From Lingula anatina (taxonomy: Eukaryota > Animalia > Brachiopoda): a stretch of DNA of 64,000 nt. The stretch is taken from positions 4,278,001 to 4,342,000 of the forward strand of contig CM120649.1 of the NCBI GenBank assembly GCA_051362555.1, read 5' to 3'. Made by a program: the position numbers and the translations under genes. The notes beneath the pieces were generated by a model. The model was not told where the DNA came from and did no database searches. It saw nothing but the letters and a program-made list of their open reading frames with translations. Below, one piece after another: positions 53,747-64,000 of this stretch (position 1 is the stretch's first letter; each line of letters starts with the position of its first letter).

Positions 53747-55209
53747 GTGAAACCAGGGCCTGGTTGTGAGGGTGATGGGTCAGGGAGAAGAAAATGTGGG
53801 GTTTTAAAAGTGTGGAGCATTTGAATATTTTTTTAGCATCAAGCTTTCATTAGTATTAAACTTTCAAACTAGATTCTGTCCATCTTGGATTTACTCCGCA
53901 TGTAAAGATTAAGATTTTGAATCTGGAAAACTTTAGAAAATATCTTTCCCTCAGGGATTTTTCAAAATGGTATTCCAATTCAGAAAACAAACATAATGGA
54001 AGTATTTCTAAAATTTTGTGTGGTTTTAGACTATTTGTGGCTTTGCATTTGTTAGCTGTAGTAACAGCTTCATTGTGTGGAGTGCCACTTGTAAACTTTT
54101 AGGAGTGGAATATTTTGTTGGAGAGATCCATACATTAAAAAGCTATTATAAAACTGCTTGCAAGTAGTCTATTCATTGAACTTATATCAATTTTTTTTTT
54201 TACTTTTTCAGGAAGAAACTGTCCCAGGAAAGATAAAATAACAACTTTGAGTAAACAGAATTAAAAGGACATGGCTGCTTGGCAGTTATTCCTGTTTGGC
54301 CTATTTTCAAATTCTATTGAGGAAATGGACTTATTTTTGTCTAAAAGCACTTTCGATACTAGGCATTACATATATAATATTTATGTGTGTGTATGAATGT
54401 AAAAAGAACAACAACAACAACAAAAAGTGAATTCTAAGAATGCATTGCTGCATCCATTGTAAAATTTGCCATTTCCCTTTTCTGTGCTAGTATACATATT
54501 ATGCCATGTGTAAACCTGTTATCTGAACAAGATGAAACTGAATTTTTATATGCACTTACAAAGGGTGAGATCGTAATCTTTGTTTATTTCTTTTTTTCTT
54601 TGACAAGCTCTTGGAATGGTGAATAGACCATGTTTGAAGGACCCCAGTCATAAATTATTGAATGTCTTTTACTTGTACAGAATGACGAAAAAAAAATAAC
54701 AAATTTAATAATGATAATAACAATAAAAAATGGATTCAAAGAAATGTTGGTTGATTCTGCTGTCTTTGTGGAATGTATTGTTTGCAAGGTGCTGCCCTGA
54801 AAATTTCTATAGTCTAATGGTATTGAAATGACTGTATAACCTAAATAGTCTTTAAATTTATTTATTTATTTATTTATTCTTTGAAAAGAAAATTAGACAT
54901 GATGAAAAGTTCTGCATATAGCAAATCCCTTTTAAAAATAGAAATTAACACTATTGTAAAGGTCAACTTACCTCCCCACTCCCCCTATTTTGATGACCCG
55001 TTGAAATTTTTCATCGATCTTAAAGCAGAATACAGGATAAGTCCTGTCCTGGAAATTGCATCATTATCCCTTTTGTTTTGAGACAGATGTCGACTTGATG
55101 CCTGTTTAAGAATTGCCTGAAAATAACTACCTGTTTCCAGTTCTTGAGCTCTTTTTAACATTTGGCATGAGCTGAACAGTCGTTTTCGAAGTTGAAGTAC
55201 ACCACCTTT

Positions 55210-55427
55210 AGACCCCATTTCCTGAGATTAGGTCGATCTACTTTAGATCGACCTTACTCCCTGGGGGTTCACGATAAATAGCTGTCAGCCGAGCGGACAC
55301 GAAAGTTAATTACCCCCTTACAGCTTGTAGTAGGCGGGACGGATATTTAAGTCGGATCATCTGACAGTAATCTAGTGAGACTCCCCGCGGGGATAGATGG
55401 ATCTAAAAACTCTGGGAATACAGCCTT
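55210..55427. mobile_element. Harbinger-like MITE copy
   Basis: Reverse-complement similarity to 32895-33122 (CTGACAGTAATCTAGTGAGACTCCCCGC); TTA flanks. Confidence 0.7.
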
Positions 55428-56042
55428 AGATTCCTCAACCTGGAGGCAGCCGAACGCAGGAGTCCAGCCACCGTTGTGTTAGGTGAGATTTTTTACCATC
55501 ATCACACTTGGTTGAGCTCCTTGCGCATCTGTAGCATTTCTGTAAAATATTTTTTTTTATATTCTGTCCTTGACCCGTATTATAATTTTGCCATTCACAA
55601 TAACAGTGTGCGATATTGTGGTGTTACCTATCATATCAAAAGTTAAAGACCTATCTATGTTTTCACGAAATCCCCGAATTTTTTATTTGAAGAACCAGCA
55701 TATTACTTCAGTTTTCGTAGGCTGTGTAAAAAATATGAATCCGGTTCAAAGTCCATAGTGTTGCTGGTTTCCCGTTCGTGTTGATATCTGAGATGTGAGT
55801 AACCTTGCCAGGAGAGAGGTGAGTGTCATATCCTTTAGCAAGTAATTTTATAGAAAATGGGCCCTTGAAGCTTTTTCAGGTGTTTCTGCGCGTGGTTAAT
55901 TTGGTTCAGTTTGTCAATCACTAGAAGGATTTCTGTATTTATCAATTACAATGACAGACAAGGATAAAACCCAACAAGCGTGTGCAAATTCCCACGTGAC
56001 AAGGCAAGCTCAGGATTCGTTTGTATCTACATATATGATACA

Positions 56043-56175
56043 CTCTACCAGGGTGGCAGATATATTATGTACAGGGAAAATTACCAAAAGCCAGAGAGAG
56101 TAAAATGACCGTCTATTTATATAAAGACGAATCTATGAAAATCTTGTGAAAAATCAATCTGTGGCCCTGGTAGAG
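56043..56175. mobile_element. Short MITE (related copy at about 42606-42772)
   Basis: TIR CTCTACCAGGG / CCCTGGTAGAG. Confidence 0.65.
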
Positions 56176-56746
56176 GGTGCATATCATACGTGTTACGTGT
56201 AGTGCCACTGGTTTAAATGTTAGCCTTTACGACCCCCCCCCCCCCCCCCCCCCTCAGTATTTCTGTTTCCATTGCCATTTTGCTACTGGTGGAAATAATG
56301 CGATGCGGCACCATTCATTCCTTCATTCATTCATTCAACAAGACATAAATACTATAGTATATATATGTTTTATAACAAGAGGGTATTATTGAATTGTTTT
56401 CTGTTTGCATGCAGCATATGCCAGCTAGTGTATCAGTATGTACTAGTTTTTTCAATGAGTTTGATTCAGCAGCATTTAATTTATAATAGTCAATATTTTT
56501 TAAAGGCATTATTGCAAAAAGAATTAGCATAAATTTGTTTTTACATGGAACACCACTAGCTATTGGCTTTGTGCATTTTCAGCTATATAGGCTGCATCTC
56601 TCTCCCCCCCCCCCTCCACCAACTCTCCCCCCTCCTCCCAGCTGAAGAATAATATCTCCTCCCCCGCCCCGCCCCCCCCCCCAAAAAAAAAAAAAAAAAA
56701 AAATTAACTTTATGGTGTTGCAAGCAAATGAGACAAATCCAATTAA

Positions 56747-58319
56747 GGGGTCTAGGGTATTAAAAATACGTCTAAAACTCGATTTTTAGTTTTTTATACG
56801 TTAGAAATAATCAATTTTGTATCTAATACTCAATTAAGTTATATTTGTGAAACACGGACTAAAAATATACATTTGGACGAGTTTTTCTACCTGTCCTGAC
56901 TGGTACGGGTGGCAGGCTTTAGGCTCCGCCTCCGTTGTCAAGCACCGTTACTATGGGGGCGGAGCAAGAATGGTTGTCTTACTTCTTAAGCTGTTACGCG
57001 TGCCCTGACAGCTCATAAGTCTTACGTCAGCTAAGCAGACCACAGTTATATACACAGTCATGGGAAGAAAGAAAGTCGTGAGAAAACGGATGAGCGAGGA
57101 AAGCAAGAGAATTTTGAAAGAGAGTGCTTCTGGTGGATGGAGAAACCCCGCGGTAAAGACTCGAGATCACACTTGAACTGCTGAGTATTCGTACAACGTC
57201 TAGGGTTGTCAGAAAAAAATCGTTAGGCAATCATTTTATGCACAATAAAGATTGTAATAGCAAGCAAGTTTTAAAGTAATATTGCCACCCAAAACATTTT
57301 CAAATTCGCATATTACGGTCTTGGCACTCTGTGGCATCATGGCATATACGTACCCACATTCGGCCATTTCTCGGAGTAAATCTTGCTTTACTTTCTCAAT
57401 TTTCGCGTCTTGGTGTGTAGAGCGGCGCCCACGCACGACGGGTGGCATTGTCCTCTGCTGGCACACCAAGTAATCCTCTTTTTGTTTGTAAGCGCTTCCT
57501 TAGACACTTCCTAGACAGTGCACAGACTCCTACTGCGTCAGACACAATTATGATTAATTACGTCAGTGAAACGAGAGTAGGTAGACCTACTCAGCTGTCA
57601 ATCATTTCCCAGGGAAGAGCGACTTTCGTGGTACGAATAAGTTTGCGTACAAAAGTAAGATTTCTGGCATCTAGATAGAAACAAACAACCCAATTTTAAC
57701 ACGTAATGGTGTATAGACCTTCCCGATCAACAAGATGATAACAGGTAAGGTGGAGGTGCAATTATTTTGCTTAAATAGCCCAATTACCTGAGCAAAATGG
57801 TTTAGGAGCGATTTCTCAGCTTTGAAGATTGATAACATAGTCTAAACTTCAATCCCCATATCTCATTCTGTAACTGTCAGATTGACATGAAATTTGATGT
57901 GTCTCTGTTTCAGTATAATATCTAGTCGTCTGAGTCTTGGTTTTTGGATTGACCTTTTATTTTTGAAGTGATTAATACTGAAATTGGAAGGTCCATATAT
58001 ATTTCGTAAAATTCACGTTTTATCAAAATAAAATCAAAAGTAAAAATAAAAAGAGAAAATCCTGACAGAGTTTAATGGAGTTTGTGCTAACCTTTAGATA
58101 GCTATTTCAATCGTATTAATAGGGCTTTTTGTTTAAGAGAAATTCTTGATTAAAAAAAAGACAATTTTAGCCTCAAAACGCTGATATTATGTCACTCGTG
58201 TTACACTGTGACTACAAACTTTGAAAAATTGTTTGGCTTGCTAGACCTTTTCTTTAAGTTAATAGGAAATTTCATTAGCTGCATTAGTTTTGGACTTTTT
58301 CGTTAATATCCAAGATCCC
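56747..58319. mobile_element. Kolobok-like 1.57-kb non-autonomous element
   Basis: TTAA at 56743-56746 and 58320-58323; TIR GGGGTCTAGGGTATTAA vs GGGATCTTGGATATTAA (14/17); CpG-rich interior. Confidence 0.75.
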
Positions 58320-58433
58320 TTAAATTTTCCATCTCAGTGTCTGCATGCATACATCATATGACAGTAAATTTGTATTTTTAATTCTACCATTTACATATAC
58401 CGGTATGCTCAGCGCGGCAAGACAAAGAAAAAA

Positions 58434-58469
<36 letters not shown>

Positions 58470-59109
58470 CTTTATGCTCTCTCCCCACCCTACCCCAATA
58501 TATACCCAAAGACTGAAACCCCAAGCGACACGTACTGTAAAGTTGCATACTGAAAATACTCACAGATGTTCTTCCTTTGTTCTTTCAGATATAGCCAACA
58601 ATGCCTGATATCTTTGCCAATGTCGCTGTAGGAATAATAAAAGGACTGGTCTATGCATATGATTTTGTGACATGGCCCATTTATTTCCTGGTGTTCAGTC
58701 CTGTCTATAAATTGAGTAAATCCAACAGAATTAAGGTATGTCATGAACTGCACAAAGGTTATTGAACTTGAAAAAGTAAATTGTCTTAATATAAGCATCA
58801 TGCAGTCGGTAGCTAATTAATATAACAGCAGGATTTTGTCCAAGGAGGAATGCCAGCTGCAGGAGAATGAAGGAGTTGAAGAGACTATCCTCATAAAAGA
58901 ATATCCTCATTAAGAAAATAAAAACGGTGCCTGAACTGGGACCAGAGAGAGAGAGAGAGAGAGAGAAAGAGAGGATGCATGTTGGAAGGGCACACTTTTT
59001 ACCAGCCCAATTTCACTGCACATCCACACATCAAAATGTTTAATTTCCTGGCATTCACCATTACTATCAATATGTACAAATGTCTCCAATTTCCATTATA
59101 CAGAAATTT

Positions 59110-59345
59110 AGAGACCATTCCCAGAGACTATCGTACTAACTTTGGACCGAACTATCTCCAAGGGGATTCTCGCTTAAATTGCAATTAACTTAAGCAGCTA
59201 AGATGCCTGTCATGCCTACAGAAACTGATAGGGGGTAATTAACTATCGTTAATTAGCAGCTTCAGCAGGCATGCCAGACACCTAAGCTACATACCTAAGC
59301 TGAAAGATGGACCTATCCTGTTAGATCGATCCAGGGATGAGAACC
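59110..59345. mobile_element. Harbinger-like MITE copy
   Basis: GAGACCATTCCCAGAG...CCAAGGGGATTCTCGC matches the 32.7-kb units; centre matches the 45.3-kb copy. Confidence 0.7.
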
Positions 59346-59681
59346 TACACTAGTGGGTTAGATTTGGTCTTAAAGTGCAATTTAAGTTCACAAGTGATCT
59401 TACACGATCTTAATAATTACAGCAGTACGTAGTCTTAAAATGGGCTGAATCTGCCTTTAAGATCAGAAATGATCTAACATTTACTTAAAGTAAGTGGTCA
59501 AGCAGTTTCCTCCCCTCACAATGCGGGGATGCCTCCCCTCACAATATAGAGGACACCTCTGCTCACAATAGGAGAATGTGTAAGGGGAGACAGCTTAATA
59601 GCGGACTTGCAATCAAAAGTGCGCTTGCGCGTGCGAGCTTCCTGCACCGGGAATGCTGGGAGAGATTGTAGTTAGCGCCAT

Positions 59682-61912
59682 ATGCAGACGATGCAAGATT
59701 CAATGGACAGTGAAGTACAAAATGTACCAGGTTCAGTGATAACTGGGGCTTTTGAAGGCTGCACTGTACCTGAATTGAAGAGGTGGCTTCGATGTCGGGG
59801 AGCGTCCGTATCTGGACGAAAAAAGGAACTTGTTGAGAGGTGAATAGTTTTATGAATTATCGTTGCAGTCGTGAATGAAAACATGTACCAAGTTTCAGGT
59901 TGCCCCGGGCAGGTTGCTTGCTTGTATATCGTTTCTGATTATTTTTTTTTCGAATGTTCTACTGAAGGATGAAGTATTTTAAACAATTTGCTCTTTTATA
60001 TTTCCATTTGAAGTGATTCCGCCGGGAAATGTTTGTGTCCGCCGGGAATGTTTGTGTACATTTTCAAGTTGTAACATGTTTTCCCAGTCCAGGACTCATT
60101 ATTGTCATTCCCCGATTTTCACAGAAATCTGATATTAAAAGTCGGATAAATAAAAACTGGATGTGACAATGGTGCAGTGCTTAAGCACTGAATGACCTGT
60201 TCAACAGCCCAAAGTGATTGAAATGAAATAAATAAATACTATAAAATAAGACAGTGATTGAAATGAAAGAAATACTAGATAATATACAATAATATTTATT
60301 TATTTCTTTTGCAGGTGTTACATATACAGAAACGACAAAGCTAGATGTAACAAAATAATAAATCCCGATGCAATAGCTCTAAAAGAAGAAACCCTACCTG
60401 ATGATGTTAACATGCACAATTTCGGATGGACCACATGTATTTCCCCATTACCCCAAAATCTACATTCATATATCTATGGCCACCTTGTTTTTTTTTCTCA
60501 AGCCAGTCCTTTGCCTTTTAATGTTTAATTAATAACCTTGCCTCATTTCAGAACTTACCAATAAATCCATCAGTACCAGAAGACCTAGAAAGCATTGAAT
60601 TTAAAAAGAGATGCTCCAGATATGCATCTTCACTGAAACAACTGACCAGAGATGAGATTGACCAAGTGGAAAAGGAGACAAGAGGGCAGGCAGACAACGA
60701 GAATTGGTTCAAACATCGCAAAGGTTATTCTTCAGTCAATAATATTGAGTACTTTTTGTCTGTATTTGCATATGCCTATATTTTTTATCCGGTCCTAACT
60801 GCATTTTCCATTATTAGTAATACAGTGTATTTGCCTTCTCTACTGACATAGCAAAATATATATAAAAAAGACACAAGCTGATGTTTTTTGATGAATTTAC
60901 AAAAGTATTTTTGAGTTACAAGAGAGTTAAAATAATGTCCATCCTTTTAAATAGAACGTCTAGTAGCTCAAGTTGTAGTTTAAATTGATTAAACATTAGT
61001 AAAAAAAGTTTTGTTGGTTAAAATGTATATTAGCAAGCAAATGATGCAGAGGCTGATAATATAAGTTACTCTCAGTTGCAAAGCTGTCACATATGTATAG
61101 CTAGAAAAATAATTTATGTTTTTAATCAACTTATAGGCAGGATAACAGCTTCCCTAGCTGGTGCCATCTACAAACAGCGGGACTGCACTCCACCAGATGG
61201 TATATTAAAGCAGATATTCCAGTATCAGCCAAGACTGAACTTAAAAGCTCTGGAACATGGGAAAAAGTATGAAACTGTCGCAGTGGACATGTATAAAATA
61301 GTTATGTCTTCATGTGGAAATGTTGTAGATGTGTTACCAAGTGGAGTGACGATTGACTTTAACAATCAATTCATTGCTGCAAGTGTTGACGGTGTTGTTA
61401 AATCACATGCAGATTCACATCAGGCTGGTAACCTAGAAATTAAATGTCCTTATGTTGAGCAGAATGTATCCTTAGAAGAGTTGGCCATTGAAAGAAAATC
61501 TTTTTATTTGTCTGCTAAATCTGATTGTCAGTCAAGTTATGATCAGTACTTAGAAAGCCCAAAGATGTATTCATTTAGGTGTGAAGATATGGTATATGTG
61601 AACACTCTTGATTGTAATCTCAATATAAACACTGCTCACAACTATTACATACAGATTCAAGTTCAAATGGGTGTGACAGACAGGCAGTGGTGTGATTTTG
61701 TGGTCTTTCTGGTTGATCAAACCAGACTTCCCAATGTTGCTGGACAATTATTTATTCAAAGGGTATTGTTTGACCGATGTTTTTATCAAAATGAACTTGT
61801 ACCCAAGTTTCACAAATTTTATCTGACAGGCATTGTCCCTGAGCTTCTTACCCAAAGAGTGAAAAATGGGAGAAAGCTCTATCCAAACTCAAGCAAATAC
61901 AAATACAAGTAG
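59682..61912 (+). CDS. Transposon SAP-domain plus YqaJ/lambda-exonuclease family protein, probably internally deleted
   Basis: Exons 59682-59839 (CTVPELKRWLRCRGASVSGRKKELVER, SAP-like), 60315-about 60490, 60552-60723 (TRGQADNENWFKHRK), 61137-61912 (GRITAS, HGKKYE, ASVDG, LEIKCP, YYIQIQVQMGVTDRQWCDFVV). Confidence 0.85.
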
Positions 61913-62290
61913 TAAAAATAACATGAGATTAAGAAAACACAAGAAATGAAACAGACATCTTATCTTAGAAGTAAATAGTCTGTGGATTTGTTTATTAACA
62001 ACAGATACATACTTTTTAAATAAATGCTCTAACAGCACTATACTGTTGCTGGGGTGATACTCTTATGTCAAGCCCTGGAGGTGCTATTGTTATATATATC
62101 TGTATTATTATACACTGCTGGTGATATATGATTGCATAAGAAGCATTTATTACTGTTTTCACTTTGAGTATAAATAAAAAAATTGGTAAACTACTACATA
62201 GTGTTGAAATTTATACTACGTTTAGAAACACCTAGTAAAAGATAGATGAAAAATCAAGAGCTTCTTTGCATTACATGTCAATCCTTCAGT

Positions 62291-62966
62291 TTATTCATTG
62301 TCTCCAACAATGGGTTTACAAGTGAAGTTTACTAAATAACAACATATAACCCAGATTTTATTCAGTTCTGTAGCCATGGAGTTCGGAAATACAAACTGTA
62401 ACAATCGAAAGTTTTTAATACGTTCTATCACGCGTTCAACATGAATACGCAATCTAGCAATACTCCTAGTTTCATCCTCTTCTTCAACAGACAGCTGTTC
62501 CTTGCCCTGCAAAAAAGGTGGGATGTTTAACTTCACCTTTTTGCGTGCCAGATATTCATCAATTAAAAATCCACGGTCAGCCATGACTGAGTCCTGCTCA
62601 TCCAGTCCGTCAATAAGTCCACTTTTCACAGTAATTTCCTTGTCGGACATTCTACCCGGAACTAAATCAGTAACCAAAGTAATAAACCCATTTGGAGCAA
62701 TGCCAACTAAACCCTTTGCAGTGTTGTGGCTCTTATATGAGGAGTAGGTTTCTGACTGAACACGGAAGTGTGAGGGGGTTTGAATATAGATTTCAGTGCA
62801 GTCAAGAATGATGCGGGTACTTGGATACTCCTGTTTGAAGCACTGTGGCATAAACTCATGGACAACATCCCTGGGGGGCCATATTGGTACATCACGTAGA
62901 CCTCGATACATGAAGTCGAAGTAGGTGATGCAGATTCTTGAAACTGTGGAAGCATGGATACCAAAT
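62291..62966 (-). CDS. DDE_Tnp_4 (Harbinger/ISL2EU) transposase, last exon only
   Basis: Acceptor at 62967-62969; RFGIHASTVSR (HTH), RIILDCTEI, SSYKSHNTAKGLVGIAPNG, GRMSD, MADRGF, RIHVERVIERIKNF; open to TAA at 62291. Confidence 0.92.
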
Positions 62967-63118
62967 CTGAATAAAACATATAAAATGAACAATAGTGGCA
63001 CATCCTAAATAAATATTTTTTTTACTATTTGTTTATAGCTTTCTTTTTTTCCTTTTATTTAATTTTATGAATTACTGACAAAATATTCTTAAATTTGTTT
63101 ACCTTCTTTATAGTAATT

Positions 63119-64000
63119 AATTTTGTGTGGTTTTAGACTATTTGTGGCTTTGCATTTGTTAGCTGTAGTAACAGCTTCATTGTGTGGAGTGCCACTTGTA
63201 AACTTTTAGGAGTGGAATATTTTGAAGGAGAGATCCACACATTAAAAAGCTATTATAAAACTGCTTGCACGTAGTCTATTCATTGAACTTATATCAATTT
63301 TTTTTTTTTACTTTTTCAGGAAGAAACTGTCCCAGGAAAGATAAAATAACAACTTTGAGTAAACAGAATTAAAAGGACATGGCTGCTTGGCAGTTATTCC
63401 TGTTTGGCCACTTTTCAAATTCTATTGAGGAAATGGACTTATTTTTGTCTAAAAGCACTTTCGATACTAGGCATTACATATATAATATTTATATGTGTGT
63501 GTATGAATGTAAAAAGAACAAAAAAAAAAAAAAGTGAATTCTAAGAATGCATTGCTGCATCCATTGTAAAATTTGCCATTTCCCTTTTCTGTGCTAGTAT
63601 ACATATTATGCCATGTGTAAACCTGTTAACTGAACAAGATGAAACTGAATTTTTATATGCACTTACAAAGGGTGAGATCGAAATCTTTGTTTATTTCTTT
63701 TTTTCTTTGACAAGCTCTTGGAATGGTGAATAGACCATGTTTGAAGGACCCCAGTCATAAATTATTGAATGTCTTTTACTTGTACAGAATGACGAAAAAA
63801 AAAAAAATAAATTTAATAATGATAATAACAATAAAAAATGGATTCAAAGAAATGTTGGTTGATTCTGCTGTCTTTGTGGAATGTATTGTTTGCAAGGTGC
63901 TGCCCTGAAAATTTCTATAGTCTAATGGTATTGAAATGACTGTATAACCTAAATAGTCTTTAAATTTATTTATTTATTTATTCTTTGAAAAGAAAATTAG
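63119..64000 (+). repeat. Direct duplicate of 54012-54896 (TCTP last-intron end, terminal exon and downstream), continuing past the window
   Basis: AATTTTGTGTGGTTTTAGACTA... colinear at offset 9107 with only scattered substitutions and microsatellite length changes. Confidence 0.97.

Larger units (their letters stand above)
59600..63118. mobile_element. ISL2EU/IS4EU-type (PIF/Harbinger-related) DNA transposon, truncated
   Basis: Convergent YqaJ exonuclease and DDE_Tnp_4 transposase genes; left end near 59600 is estimated (AT|AGCGGACTTGCAA); right part is replaced by duplicated TCTP 3' sequence. Confidence 0.8.

Noticed and set aside
59508-59590. Three 24-bp CCTCCCCTCACAAT repeats next to the ISL2EU end
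   Set aside because: Real but short and degenerate; cannot be tied to the element terminus since the other end is missing.

Overview
AT-rich, intron-containing animal (invertebrate, plausibly lophotrochozoan) genomic DNA. Five conserved spliced genes were reconstructed by hand: the 3' part of cyclin B3 (+), RagA/B GTPase (-, 313 aa), an SLC16/MCT-type MFS transporter with a very long C-terminal tail (+, 848 aa), a KMCP1/UCP5-type mitochondrial carrier SLC25A30/14 (-, 291 aa, last intron U12-type) and TCTP/TPT1 (+, 170 aa, hosting an intronic SNORA31-like H/ACA snoRNA), the last two head-to-head. There is also a two-exon orphan Arg/Pro-rich gene candidate. The window carries many DNA-transposon derivatives (deleted mariner, Kolobok-like TTAA elements, Harbinger-like MITEs, a 935-bp foldback) and a damaged ISL2EU-type element (spliced SAP/YqaJ exonuclease gene converging on a DDE_Tnp_4 transposase) that is cut off by a duplicate of the TCTP terminal exon. 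The most unusual structural signal is that three different exons of the SLC25 gene each have tandem copies of their own exon end plus splice donor in the downstream intron. No clearly new multi-gene system is provable from sequence alone; all family assignments are from motif recognition, not database searches.
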